A DNA stretch of 64,000 nucleotides from Okamejei kenojei. Taxonomy: Eukaryota. Positions 26,448 through 39,852 of this stretch are shown here, piece after piece (the stretch's first letter is position 1; each line of letters opens with the position of its first letter). Location: positions 29,946,001 to 30,010,000 of the forward strand of contig CM069155.1 of the NCBI GenBank assembly GCA_035221665.1, read 5' to 3'. The notes beneath the pieces were generated by a model. It was not told where the DNA came from, searched no databases, and was given only the letters and a program-made list of their open reading frames with translations. The position numbers were made by a program, and so were the translations under genes.

Positions 26448-28435
26448 CTGGAACATACACAGAATCCTCAGTCAGTATACTGTAAATGGAGATGTTGGTC
26501 ATGCAAAGCTTATGGCAATGTTCCACTTCAGTGAACCATTCGTAATTGACAACAAAAAAAATTAAAATACCAACATTTTCTTGGTAAGTTATGGTGGAAA
26601 TTTTGGATGAAGTGCTTAACCATTCTCAAACCTAGAATGAAAAGTGGGTGGGAAGAGTAAAGAAAGAAGTTATGAAGCATATGAAGGAAGGTTAAGAAGG
26701 GGAGAATAAGACTAAAAAGGTACTGACAACTACAAGTATGTTGATATTGAACAATTTGTTGAACAAGGTGAGCTAATCAGGATGAATAGATAGTGGGCAG
26801 TTTGGACAGAATATAACTTTGGACTGCGTGAGATCTGTTGGTAGATAGATTTTGAGAAAGATGGCAAGACCAAAAAAAATGTAAGTTGTAGAAATAGCTT
26901 GGGATAGATGTGGAATTTGCATAATGTTCTCTCCTCACAACTTTGAAAGAAAATTAGTGGAATCTCTGAAAAATAGGATGTAGAAACAAGGAACTTCAGA
27001 TGCTGGTTTACAAAAAAAGACACAGAGTGCTGGAGTAACTCAATGGGTCAGGCAGCATCTCTAGAGAACATGGAAAAGTGACGTGTCAGGTCGGGACTCT
27101 TCTTCAGACTGCATTTTTCTCTGATAACATGAAATGTCCACTATAGACACAAATAGTTTCACTGAGATTTCTGTCAAACTCCTAACCAGCAAATTTGAAA
27201 TCATAATTCCATCCATAGAACGGAAATCCCTACATGATGATCATGACAACATGTGCAATTACTTAGAGCATGAAATAATTGAGGATGACCATTGGATATC
27301 ATTCTGAATGGTTCTCAAATGGTAATAGTACAAATGACGGGACAAAAAAGCGAATTGAAATGGAAATAGTGACATTGAAAATAGACAAATAAAAAATTTA
27401 AGATAAAGGTGGTACACTGGAAATTAGCTCATTTCAGTAGCGGAGATGGGACATCTCGGGTCATTGCAATGTCACAATAAACAATATTAGATTGAACAGA
27501 ATAGGTGCTCTTATATAACCATTTAATTAAGGTAAAAGTTTCGTAGATTCCAATTAGATATAGAATGCAGGTTTGGATTTATTGACAGGAGAGATAAAGC
27601 CAGAAAATAATTTTCCTATACAAAAATGATACAAACTAAAGTTATAAGACAAAGTTAAAAGAATTACAAAGGTTATAGAAAAAAACAAATTAAGAATGTT
27701 TATATTAAGCGTGAAGACAAACTGGCAAAGCATGTAAAATAAGTATTTTAAAAATGCGCAAATGGATAGAAAAAGAGGAGGATCATTTTGACCCAAAGAG
27801 CCAGCTATACTTAAGAATGAAATTCCTGGATATGCTCATTTTATCATTCAAATCGTTTTTGTGGAGGAATCTGAATGCAAGACAGTAGAAAAATGAACAG
27901 GATATAGTAGAGTTAGTATTTAAAATAAATAGGACAATTCACTGAAATTAATTGAAGACGTTCTGAAGTCTTGTTCTGTCCAAACAACAATAGCGCAGTC
28001 ATCCATTCTGATTAGTTCATTTTGTTTCCTACCTCTGTTCAATTGCGTTCTACACTCAGTGATACACAATGATAACTCTGAAATTAGGAGGGGTTGCAAA
28101 TGATCAAACAACATACAAATTTGACAGCTTTCGAGAAGACAACAATGGGTAATTTGTCAAAAGTCAGCAAAGTATCAAAATGAATGGAGGAGAAAGTGTG
28201 AAATATTTCTCAAATCTAGATCTGTAATAATATTAGCCACTTCCCTGAAAATTCATTTATGGAGATCCAATTCAGAGTTTAAATTTAAATAAATAGTAGA
28301 AATGTTTAGATGATGCGTATGAGAAGGACAAGGAGACCAGTCCCATTCCATGATGCAAGAAATGTTTGAAATGGAAAACCATATTTTGCTTCCCCAAATC
28401 GTGAGGACAGATAGAACATGCACTTAAACTCTTAC

Positions 28436-28530
28436 CTCCTGTATGGCTTCTGAGAATAGAAACACACCTCCACTGCTCCACATTAGCTAGCTTGCTACTG
28501 GAGCCAAAGACATTGCTTGGCCCAATATAT
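28436..28530 (-). CDS. HIRA: HIRA coding exon 5 (YIGPSNVFGSSSKLANVEQWRCVSILRSHTG)
   Basis: Within ORF 28272..28565; CAG acceptor and GTAAG donor; 95 bp. Confidence 0.96.
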
Positions 28531-28744
28531 CTGCAGGAAATAGTCACACAGTTGTTATACAACACATCAATTTTAGCTTTTTTTTTAAAACATGTGAATT
28601 TAAAGAATGTTAAAACATTTAATACATTTTATGACAATTTATTAGACACAAAACAATGCCTGATCTCATTTCAGAAAGCAAGTGCACTTGCAGTTTTGTG
28701 TTGCCAGTATTTATTTGGTTATCACAATAAACACAGTAGACTTT

Positions 28745-29801
28745 AGATGGTTACACAAAAAGCTGGAGAAACTCAGCGGGTGCAGCAGCATCTAAGGAGC
28801 GAAGGAGATAGGCGACGTTTCGGGTCGAGACCCTTCTTCAGACTGGTCAGGGATCAGGGAAACGAGAGATATAGACGGTGATGTGGAGAGATAAAGAACA
28901 ATGAATGAAAGATATGCAAAAAAGTATCGATGATAAAGGGAACAAGCCATTGTAAGCTGTTTGTGGTGTGAAAATGAGAAGCTAGTGCGACTAGGGTGGG
29001 GGAGGGAGATAGAGATAGAGGGAATGCCAGGGCCCGAGGGCTGAGGGAGAGGTGGGAGGGGGAGGAGACAGCAGGGGTTAACAGAATTGAGAAAATTCAA
29101 TGTTCAAGCCCAAAGGATGCAGGCTCCCCAAGCGGAATATGAGGTGCTGTTCCTCCAACTTGCGGTGTTGCTCACTCTGGCCATGGAGGAGGCCCAGGAC
29201 CGAGAGGTCGGATACGGAATGGGAGGGGGAGTTGAAGTGCTGAGCGACCGGGAGGTCGGGTTGGTTTTTGCAGACCAAGCGGAGGTGTTCGGCGAAACGA
29301 TCGCCAAGCCTCCGCTTGGTCTCACCGATATAGATCATCTGGCATCTGGAGCAGCGGATGCAGTAGATGAGGTTGGAGGAGGTGCAGGTGAACCTCTGTC
29401 GGACCTGGAAGGACTGCTTGGGTCCCTGAAAGGAGTGGAGGGGGGAGGTGAAGGGACAAGTGTTGCATTTCTTGCGGTTGCAGGGGAAAGTGCCCGGGGA
29501 AGGAGTAGAGCGGGAGGGGAGGGAAGAATTGACAAGGGAGTCGCGGAGGGAGCGGTCTTTGCGGAAGGCAGACAGGGGGGGAGATGGGAAGATGTGGCGG
29601 GTGGAGGGGTCACGTTGGAGGTGGCGAAACTGGCGGAGGACTATCTGTTGTATTTGCCGGCTGGTGGGGTGAAAGGTGAGGACCAGGGGGACTCTGCCCT
29701 GTTTGCGAGTGGGGGAATGGGGAGAGAGGGCAGTGTTGCGGGGTATGGAGGAGACCCTGGTGCGAGCCTCATCAATAGTGGGGGAGGGGAATCCCCGTTC
29801 T
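28745..29801 (-). mobile_element. Penelope-like element, 5'-truncated: RT thumb/linker, GIY-YIG endonuclease and 3' terminal repeat
   Basis: Open frame about 29801 to 29078: RVPLVLTFHP...GTFPCNRKKCNTCP...NLIYCIRCSRCQMIYIGETKRRLGDRFAEH...GLN; terminal repeat with hammerhead-like core. Confidence 0.93.
28814..28841 (-). ncRNA. Putative minimal type I hammerhead ribozyme in the Penelope terminal repeat
   Basis: Minus strand reads CUGAAGA-A-GGGUCUCGACCC-GAAA-CG-UC: both core boxes, helix II, palindromic ACGU helix III and a GUC cleavage triplet. Confidence 0.7.
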
Positions 29802-29999
29802 TTAGATGTATTAGATTAACTGGTAATATAAACCTTACAACATTATGAAAAACCATTCTTTCTGTAAGAGCCGCAGTGTGGTGTAACATTGATTCACTAG
29901 TTCCCTATGCAAATCCACATTTGCCTTTGAATATTTCTTGGACAGCATTATTTTGGATATATCAAAAAGCAGCTAGTTAGGTCTGACTGACATACTTAC

Positions 30000-30090
30000 G
30001 CAGCTCTCTTCCACAACATTATCAGTTTATCATCTCCACCCGATGCCAGGTACAACCCATTATTAGACCAACGAACACAATTTACACAGG
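30000..30090 (-). CDS. HIRA: HIRA coding exon 4 (CVNCVRWSNNGLYLASGGDDKLIMLWKRA)
   Basis: WD40 repeat; ttgcAG acceptor and GTAAGT donor; 91 bp. Confidence 0.96.
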
Positions 30091-31226
30091 CTGCAAATAA
30101 ACAGAGACAAGTTCTGTAATTTACTGTTTGAATACTGCAAGAATACATACAAAACAAATTTTTTTAAAAGTATAGCCAAGTGTTCAGGATATTTACCCTG
30201 TGTGAGTGACTTTACAATGTAGGCCAAGACACTTTCACATTGAATCCCATGTCAGTTGTGATAAAAGAGACCCTCCGATTGTGTTTCAGTGCCCACATTA
30301 CAGAGAAACTAGCCACAATGTGAAATAAAATGACTTTGCTTTCATTTAGTACAATTAAAGATGTCATTTAATCTGATTAACGCACAGTCCGTATGAAATT
30401 GTACAGTGGTAGAAATAGCTATCTCAAAAATTACAGTCTTTTTTTGGTTGGAGAGAATTTAATAACATTTCTTGTCATTCTACTGGGCTAAGAAGATACT
30501 GACATTGAAAAAATATTTTTTTTTAAGTTAAAAATGGCTAGTGAAGTAGCTAACGTATATTTTTTTTAAAACTGCCAGAAGAATTCAGCCAGTCATGCAG
30601 TATGTGGAAGAAAAGGGATAATTGATATTTCAGGTCATGACCCAGCACTAGGACTGAAAGCACAGAGGGAAGAAAGCCAGTGTATAGAAGTGAGAGGTGG
30701 GGTATGAGACAGAGGCTGGTTGGTGATAGCTGAAATTAGATGGTGTGGTGGACAAATGGAGTAGGCAATGGAAAGGAAGAAATTGCTCAGAAAGGGGGTG
30801 GTAGGTGATAATTGTAACCAGAGAAGGGAGGGATAAAGGGTAGATGGGGCCAGGTGGGGAGGGGGATAACTTGGCAATGAGGTTGGAGGAATGGAAAAGG
30901 TGAAGAAAGGTAGCTATACTGGGTAGACTGGTGAGAGTGGGACACAAAGTCTTGGGGAGTTGGTTACCGGAAACAGGAAAATTCAATGTTTATAATCTAA
31001 TTAGTAGCTTTGGCCATATGAAGTGACGGTTTTAATTAGTAGCTGAAGATTTAATAGTAACTCACAAAAAGTAACCAAACACCACAGCAACAAAATAAAT
31101 CAACTTTCCACAACCGTCTGAATGGAGTACCATTTTTGAGGACTGTAATGAGTGAATGATCATTACATATACAGCAATAAATTAGTGAAATTCTAAAGAA
31201 GCTTTCCATGTATATTTTATATGTAC

Positions 31227-31337
31227 CCAGGTGGTTATCCATTTGGCAGAGCATTTTGGGGATAGCTTCGTTCTTCTCATCCTCCTCTCGAACAACTGGT
31301 GGCATATTCCATATGACAACTTTCCCAGAGTCCTCCC
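31227..31337 (-). CDS. HIRA: HIRA coding exon 3 (EDSGKVVIWNMPPVVREEDEKNEAIPKMLCQMDNHL)
   Basis: Hand translation, overlaps ORF 31051..31305; CAG acceptor and GT donor; 111 bp. Confidence 0.95.
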
Positions 31338-31935
31338 CTGCAGACAGAACACAAATATTGAGCTTTCTGTATTTGATAAATTAAGTCTTAAATATAAAAG
31401 AACTCTAGCAAACAATTGTTTGATTTAGGAATGATCAGGAATGACCTTATTGCATGAGAAATGGAAACCTACATCTAGGCCACCTAATCAAATAAACCCA
31501 AATTAAATGCAAGTCGCACTTATTGACCAAGTCATCAAAAATGAAAACCGCAAAATAAAGCATGAAGTGAAACAGTAGAAATAGCACAGCAAGAACCAGC
31601 TTTGTGCTGCTGTACTGCCTGTGCATATCTCAAGAGCCAGTGGGCATTTTAAAGGCCATTGCATATAGTAAAACCATTATTTCCAAAACAAAGTCAAATA
31701 CAGCTGTCAAACAGTAGCACGAAGGCCAGTAAATCCAGTCTACAATATAAGATAAGAAAGAACTAAGTGGAGAAAAATAACCTGTTTCCCAATTAAACAT
31801 GCACACGTGCCAGAATTACAGGAATTGGAATTATCTGCAACTTGAATGACAAAAGATGATAGCAACATCATTTTCACCTCGATGTCAGAGCCTTAATCGC
31901 AATAAATGGTAGGTAGCCTGTGGCCTGGCTCTTAC

Positions 31936-31998
31936 CTTGGCCACCTGTTGCAAACTTGGTTCCATCAGGATGAATGTCCACTGAAAATATTGGCTTAC
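31936..31998 (-). CDS. HIRA: HIRA coding exon 2 (KPIFSVDIHPDGTKFATGGQ)
   Basis: Hand translation; ttccAG acceptor and GTAAG donor; 63 bp; phase consistent. Confidence 0.96.
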
Positions 31999-33027
31999 CT
32001 GGAAGACAAATGAAATCATTGAACAGAATGCCACACATCAGGACGCTATGGCCTTATGTAGAAAAGCCACTTGAGTTTCAAAGCAAAATAAAAAGCAACA
32101 TTCGTTCAATGTATGCCAGTTACATCATCAGAAGCCTGCTTGACAGTTTCACCATGTGAACAGTATCAGCTTGCAAATAGATTATCATTTGTTATTGATA
32201 CTTAACTGGTGTTGGCCATTTTCACCACTTGTGATATCCATTCACCATAATTACTTGTGAATTTGTATCTATTTTTCAATTTCTGATTACTAGCACCCTT
32301 CCTAAGCATGCAATTAACTTGACTGGGTTCATTCTTGATAACAAGCATGTCATTTCAGCATATCCAGCACTTTCAGGTTAAAATAAAACCCAAGTTAGCC
32401 TATGTTTTCCTTTTTTTTTTTTTTGATAAGCTTTGATTGGTACAAGTGTGATCTCCCCTACTCTTCAAGTACTATCATTAGATTATTTACATCTACCCAA
32501 GGGGCTCAATGCATCAGTCAAGAGATAGTATCATTCAGCTGTACCACCATACCTTGAGTGAATCCTAAGAAATTGCTTGTTAGAAAGCTTCCACGCTCAT
32601 AAATTAAGGATTTGGATTCTAATCTTCCAAAACAAAACATAATTAAATACTCTGGAATTCTGGTGAGCACACCACTCCCATACAGACATACCATTATAAA
32701 ATATTTGTCATTTCAAAAGTAGTACAACACAATATTCCAAGAAGACTGCAATTTTACAAATGAGAATATTTGGCACAGTGTGTAGTTGCTCATTGAAAAG
32801 AAGCTACAAAAATATTCCCACTTTCCAGCACCAGGTTTGTCGCTGTGTAGGCAATGGCGCTTCAAATACATCCTATTAATTCTCAATGCAGTGAAGGGTT
32901 ATGCCTTTAACACCCTTTCAGGCAACAATCTCCAAGTTCCATCACCCTTTGGGGGTAAGGTTTTCCTCATATCTCCTGAATCTCAATTTAAATCTATACC
33001 CCTTGCTTCTTGATATCCATGCTATTA

Positions 33028-35352
33028 TAAGGGGCAGTGCTGGACCTCCTGTTAGGAAATGAGGCAGGTCAGGTGACGGAGGTATGCGTTGGTGAGCACT
33101 TCGGGACCAGTGATCACAATACCATTAGTTTCAATATAATTATGGAGAGAGTCAGAACTGGACCTAGGGTGGAGATTTTTGATTGGAGAAAGGCTAACTT
33201 TAAGGGAATGCGTAAGGATTTTAAAGGAGTGAATTGGGACACTTTGTTTTATGGGAAGGATGTAGAAGAGAAATGGAGGACTTCTAAATGGGAAATTGTA
33301 AGAGTACAGAATCTTTATGTCCCTGTTAGGTTGAAAGGAAATAGTAAAAATTGGAATGAGCCATGGTTTTCAAGGGAAATTGGACACTTGTTTCGAAAAA
33401 AGAGAGAGATCTACAATAATTATAGGAGGCATGGAGTAAATGAGGTGCTAGAGGAGTATAAAGAACGTAAAAAGAATCTTAAGAAAGAAATTAGGAAGGC
33501 TAAAAGAAGATTTGAGGTTGCTTTGGCAAGAAAGGTGAAAGTAAATTCAAAGGGTTTCTACAGCAATATTAATAGCAGAAGGATAACGAGGGATAAAATT
33601 GGACCATTAGAGAGCCAGAATGGACAGCTATCTGCAGAGCCAAAAGAGATGGGGGAGATATTGAACAATTTCTTTTCTTCGGTATTCACCAAGGAGAAGG
33701 ATATTGAACTCTGTGAGGTAAGGGAAAAAGTAGAGTAGCTATGGAAACTATAAGATTCAAAGAGGAGGAAGTACTGATACTTTTGAAAAATATAAAAGTG
33801 CATAAGTCTCCAGGTCCTGACAGGATACTCCCTAGGACATTGAGGGAAGTTAGTTTAGAAATAGCAGGAGCTATGACAGAAATATTTCAAATGTCATTAG
33901 AAACGGGAATAGTGCCGGAGGATTGGCATACTGCGCATGTTGTTCCATTGTTTAAAAAGGGTTCAAAGAATAAACCTAGCAATTATAGACATGTTAGTTT
34001 GACGTCAGTGGTGGGCAAATTAATGGAATGGATAATATATATAAGCATCTGGATAAACACGGTCTGATCAGGAACAGTCAACATGGATTTGTGCCTGGAA
34101 GGTCATGTTTGACAAACCTTGAATTTTTTGAAGCGGTTACTAGGGAAATTGATGTGGGTAAAGCAGTGGATGTTGTCTATATGGATTTCAGTAAGGCCTT
34201 TGACAAGGTTCCCCATGGAAGGTTGGTTAAGAAGGTTCAATCTTTGGGTGTTAATGGCGGAGTCGCAAGATGGATTCAACAGTGGCTGAAATGGGAGATG
34301 TCACAGAGTAATGGTGGATGACTGTTTGTCAGGTTGGAAGCCGGTGACCAGTGGGGTGCCTCAGGGATCTGTGTTGGGTCCACTGTTGTTTGTCATGTAC
34401 ATCAATGATCTGGATGATGGGGTGGAAAATTGGATAAGTAAGTATGCAGATGATACTAAGATAGGTGGTGTTGTGGATAATGAAGTAGATTTTCAAAGTC
34501 TACAGAGAAATTTGGGCCATTTGGAAAAGTGGGCTGAAAGATGGCAGATGGAGTTTAATGCTGATAAGTGTGAAGTGCTACATCTTGGCAGGACAAATCA
34601 AAATAGGACGTACATGGTAAATGGTAGGGAATTGAGGAATGCTGTGCAACAGAGAGATCTAGGAATAACTGTGCATAGTTCCCTGAAGGTGGAATCGCAT
34701 GTAGGTAGGGTGGTAAAGAAAGCCTTTGGTGTGCTGGCCTTTATAAATCAGAGCATTGAATATAGGAGTAGGGAAGTAATGTTAAAATTGTACAAGGCAT
34801 TGGTAAGACCAATTCTGGAGTATGGTGTACAATTTTGGTCGCCTAATTATAGGAAGGATGTCAACAAAATAGAGAGAGTACAGAGGAGATTTACTAGAAT
34901 GTTGTCTGGGTTCCAGCAACTATGTTACAGAGAAAGGTTGAACAAGTTAGGTCTTTATTCTTTGGAGCACAGAAGGTTAAGGGGGGACTTGATTGAGGTC
35001 TTTAAAATGATGAAAGGGATAGACAGAGTTGACGTGGATAAGCTTTTCCCATTGAGGGTAGGGGAAGATTCAAACAAGAGGGCATGACATGAGAATTAAG
35101 GGACAGAAGTTTAGGGGTAACGTGAGGGGGAACTTCCTTACTCAGAGGGTGGTGGCTGTGAATGAGCTTCCAGCAGAGGTGGTGGAGGCAGGATCGATTT
35201 TAACATTTAAAAGTAAAGGACGGGAAGGGAATGGAGGGGTATGGTCTGAGTGCAGGTAGATGGGACTGGAGGAAAACAAATGGTCGTCACGGACTGGAAG
35301 GGCCGGGGGGGCCTGTTTCCGTGCTGTAATTGTTATATGGTTATATGGTTAT
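33028..35352 (+). mobile_element. Young 5'-truncated CR1-clade LINE, copy 2 (end of APE domain plus RT, several frameshifts)
   Basis: ORFs 33037..35087 with LDLLL...SDH and YADD; near-identical to copy 1; same tail. Confidence 0.96.
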
Positions 35353-35649
35353 TGGGATAGCACCTTCTTTAAGTCAGCACTCAACATGGTGAAAACAACC
35401 TCATCATATGCAATTTCTTCTCAGAGACAAATTTTTCAAGTCATGGCAAGACCTTTACAAATCTCCTCTGCGTCATTACCGGTGCATCACAAATTTTCTG
35501 GAATTCCGTGTCCAGAACAGTACTCAGAATTCCAGCAAGACACTGTTTACACACCTCATATCACTTCCTTGCAGGCCTCATCCAAAATGTTGTTGTTATT
35601 TTACTAATGAAAACAAAGATTGATATTTGTACAGTGCTCCAACAAACAA

Positions 35650-36525
35650 AATATCCCAGACAACTTCAAGGCAACTTCTGACAATCATCGTGAAGTGCTT
35701 CAAGAGGCTAGTTATGATGTACTTTTACTCCAGCCTCCCAGACAACCTTGATCTATGCCTACAGTTTGCCAACAGACATAAATATCACCAACAATTTGTC
35801 CTGAACCAACCATCTTGAAGCTACGGGTAAGAGAGCACACCAACACCTCTACTTCCTCAAAAGACTAAGGATGTTTGGCATATATCCAACGAATCTTACC
35901 ATCTTCTATACATGCATTGAAGAAAGCATACTGCTGGGTTACATCACAGTCTAGTTTGGCAACAGCTCTGACCAAGACTGCAAGAAATTGCAGAGAATTG
36001 TGGATGTAGCCCAGTACATCACACAGACCCGCCCCAATCCACATTTTTGCCCGTCCATGTCTCCTGCACCCTGGACTAAATCAACGTTTCATGCCGTCCT
36101 AGGAAAACAGCCAAACATAATCAAAGACCTTTTTCACCTTTAGTAATTTCCTTTATCAAGTGGAGATACAAAAACATGAAAGCACAGATCACCAGATTCA
36201 GGAATAACTTCTTCCCTGCTGTTATCAGAGCTCTGAATAATCCTCACATAAACAAGGATGTCATCCGGATCTACCAACCCACTTCATTGCGAACCTTGGA
36301 ATTTTTCTCTGCAACTATTCACTATTACTGTTGTAATACTACATTCTGCACTCTGGTATTTTTCCCTTTGCACTATCTGTGGTACTTGTATGTGGCTTTA
36401 TTTTACTTGTGTATCATTTCATTATCCTATCTGGGACACATGACAATAAACTCTTGACTTGACCGATTAGCTTGCAAACAAAGCTTTTCACCGTGTCTCA
36501 GTACACATAACATTAATAAAGCATC
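35650..36525 (+). mobile_element. Decayed Rex1/Babar-type LINE fragment
   Basis: IVKCFKRLV...LPDNLD..QFA; HLYFLKRLR; TRFRNNFFP motifs. Confidence 0.75.
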
Positions 36526-39500
36526 ACAAATACCAAGAGGAATAGGTCAGATAGAACTAAGAAATATTACTCATAGCTCCTTCTGTAATAATCCAGATTA
36601 ATACTTTGAAATGAAAATATTATTTATGGCCTTTTAAAATCAGAATATTTTTCCTTCTTACTGACAACTCGAAGCAAAGTAGCCAGTACAAAAAGACATC
36701 AACTGATCATATGGGGAAAAAAAACATGCCATTAATTTAGGAAGGCAACAAATACAAACTCTGAAATCCTTGTGAAGCCAGTTTAAGATGCCAACCATGA
36801 TGGAAAATACTAAATCAAACTTTATAAAACACTCATAACAGTCCACACAAAATTCACTGATCCATTTACAACCGTGATTATAAATTGGTCATTCGTTAAA
36901 ATGAGTGTAGCTGTTAACGTTCGGACAATAAACGTTGTTGCCGATGAACATCTAACAACATCCCATACAGAGAAATACTAATACTGGACTACTTTAAGAG
37001 TTTACAAATCAGACCACTTACCAACCAATCACACTTGCCAAGGATGATTAACCAATAACACAAAGCTTGTGCATACAAACAAATGCAGGTAAAATACAGT
37101 GACATTGCCTGAAAATCTACAATAAAATCAATACTTCAGATATCAATCAGCAACAATTAAGGAACAACCTGACAGGAACCTAAAATATCCTTAAACCTGC
37201 AGCAAGGGGTAAAACATTATTTCAAGTTTCATAGACAAATACATGCTGGTGACAAGTTTTAAGCCCAAGGTTGTTGAAACACCAAAGTACAAATAAGAAA
37301 GACTCAGTTTTGTTTAGTCACGTGTACCGAAGTATAGCGAAAAGCTTTCGTGCATTATTATGCTCCAGCTCATTCATACAAATGCAAAACTAATTGTAGA
37401 TGCTACGGAGAGGAAATTAGCAAACAGTAACCATATATATAGGTTGGAAATACTAAAAAAAATTACTTTTACCCACAGCTCACCTGAAAGTATAAGTTCT
37501 CACAGTGCCAAGTATGGCTGTCATTTCTCATTACCTCATCCAAGTAAAAAAAAATCCTCACAATGCAAGCCTCAACAGTGAACTTGGGCTAGGTTTATTA
37601 TTGTCACGTGCACTGAGCTATTGTGAAAAGCTTTTGTTGCGTTATTGTGCTATCAAATCAAATAATACCATGCATGAATATAATCAGGTCAAACTCAAGT
37701 ACAATAGGTCTACACTTGTATCAGATGATAGCAGATCCTTCTCTGAAAAAGTATGCAAAAAGTCACCACTCCTGGAAAGATATTCCACCAAGGTTACTGA
37801 GATAAGAAATCCCAGCTCATTTTGATCGTAACCCAATAACATTTTCAGTACAAATTACTGAAAACTGGAATTGGGGTTTTGGCTGATTTTTTTTAATCCC
37901 CAACTGTCTCCCCACAGTACAGTCCAACACATTCTGACATGAAGACAAATGAAGTTGTGCTCTCATAACCCACTCCAAGTGTGACTTGAACCCACATACT
38001 TTGCTCTCGATTAAGTATCAACAACACAAGATGTTAGTTTGGCTCCGTTGGCAGTTAATTGCATTACTGCAAATTGGTCCCACTAGTGTTACTAATGGCA
38101 GAATTCTAACCAATATTTTGTTCTGGGATTGCAAATCTCAGCCACAGCACATTTTTGACCATGTTCAGGTTGAAACTAAAACGGTGCAAAATTTCAAAGA
38201 TGTCAAATAACAAGAGTTTGCAGCCATGAATATTAATTAATACAGCCTTACAAAGACAATACGTTCAATGTTTATCAGATGGGCCAAAAGCACAAAATTC
38301 AGAGAGCATTTTAAGAACAAACTTGACATGAATTCCAGACCCACCCTTGATTTTGTAACCTTATCCTACCCCATGTGACAATTAACCAGTATTTAGTTTT
38401 CCCTTCTTGAACATTGTACCTTCCTTTACCCCAACTATAGATGCCATGCTTTCAGCATTCTCCTCAAAACACTGCAACCTTCCTGTCTGCTATGAATCTC
38501 CATAAAGCCAAGGTTTGATTGAACTTTTGGGCATCTTTTCTCATGACTCTCTTAGCACGCAACAAAAGCTTTTCACTGTACCTCGGTACACGCGACAATA
38601 AACTAAAACTGACTCTCTTGACTAGACGTCCATACTTTTTTCCCCTTGCACATATGATGAATCTTACAGCACGTCATGTTAAAAGGCAAGTTGTTAAAAC
38701 AACACAGCAACAATAGTCTAGCAAAATAACTACTGCAGAAAACAACATGTTCCAAGTGGAACTTACTTTTTCAATCCTTTTCTGAGGCTAAGCTATAGTT
38801 AACATTAAGCAATAAAGTCAACAACATCAATAATGTGGTTTAAATTGATTTTTAAGCATCAATCCCATCAACAATTTCAAATGCTTCAGAGATTACTAGA
38901 ATCACACTTACTTATTTAGCCATCACGCCCTCAGATTTGGTTATTGTTTGCAATCTTCACGAAGCTATCATGTGCAAGTCTGTTTTGGTTACACTGTCAC
39001 AGGATTTGACTGAACATCAAGCTTCAAATGTTAAATTTCTCTTATCTTCTTGCACAGTTGGGAGTTAAATTAACTATTTGATGCAAGTATTGATTTAAAG
39101 AACGCCCGACATTTACAAACAACAGAGAACCACTAATTTCTCTTCTGTTAGTTCAGCTGTGATGAGTCTGCATTAATTCACTCCATTGGCATGCCTGTTA
39201 ACTAGCATAGTTACTTCAGCTACTTCTAAACCTTTCTGTGCCAAGTCACTCCTGCCATTGTTTGCCTAACACTGCCTTTTCTCCCTCTGCTGCCAATCTG
39301 CTCCTGTTAATCCTACAAAGGAACTGCGCAGTATTCAGAAAAGAAGCACGATGCCGAGATTCAAGTTAATATTAAAATTAAGCAAGTTGAACTGAAAATG
39401 GACAAAGTAAATTTGCAAGTATAGCTCTGCTCCATTTTAACTGTTTTAAATATTTCACAGGTTACCTAAATGTAAAAAATGTCAAAATGTTAAAAGACCA

Positions 39501-39720
39501 AAAGCAAAATCTTAAAGCAATAAAACTAGGATATATCAGCATGCTGATTAAGCTGATGTATAAGTATACATATTAAACCAACAAACTACCTGTCATCACC
39601 AGACACCAAATTCAGACACAAAGATATCCCGTCAAGAACAGAAACCACTGGACAGGTGACAACTCAAGCATCAACTTGGCCGTCAGAACCACACTATGAC
39701 ATCCATCACTCAACATCCTG

Positions 39721-39852
39721 TGTGTAGGAAGGAATTGCAGATGCTGGTTTAAACTGAAGATAGACACAAAAAGCTGGAGTAACTCAGCGGAACAGGCAGC
39801 ATCTCTGGAGAGAAGGAATGGGTGACGTTTCGGGTCGAGACCCTTCTTCAGC
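39721..39852 (-). repeat. Penelope-end short repeat. Further copies at about 1575-1790, 5636-5730, 11142-11253, 17838-17960, 23219-23300, 25560-25690, 26989-27110, 44857-44945, 49200-49320, 58338-58430 and 59860-60080
   Basis: Shared consensus gctggagtaactcagcggg.caggcagcatctctggagagaaggaatgggtgacgtttcgggtcgagacccttcttcag. Confidence 0.88.
39824..39851 (-). ncRNA. Putative minimal hammerhead core in a dispersed Penelope-end repeat
   Basis: CUGAAGA-A-GGGUCUCGACCC-GAAA-CGUC, identical to the core in the Penelope element. Confidence 0.55.

Noticed and set aside
29087-29848. 253-aa + strand ORF
   Set aside because: Antisense shadow of the GC-rich Penelope ORF; no recognisable domain
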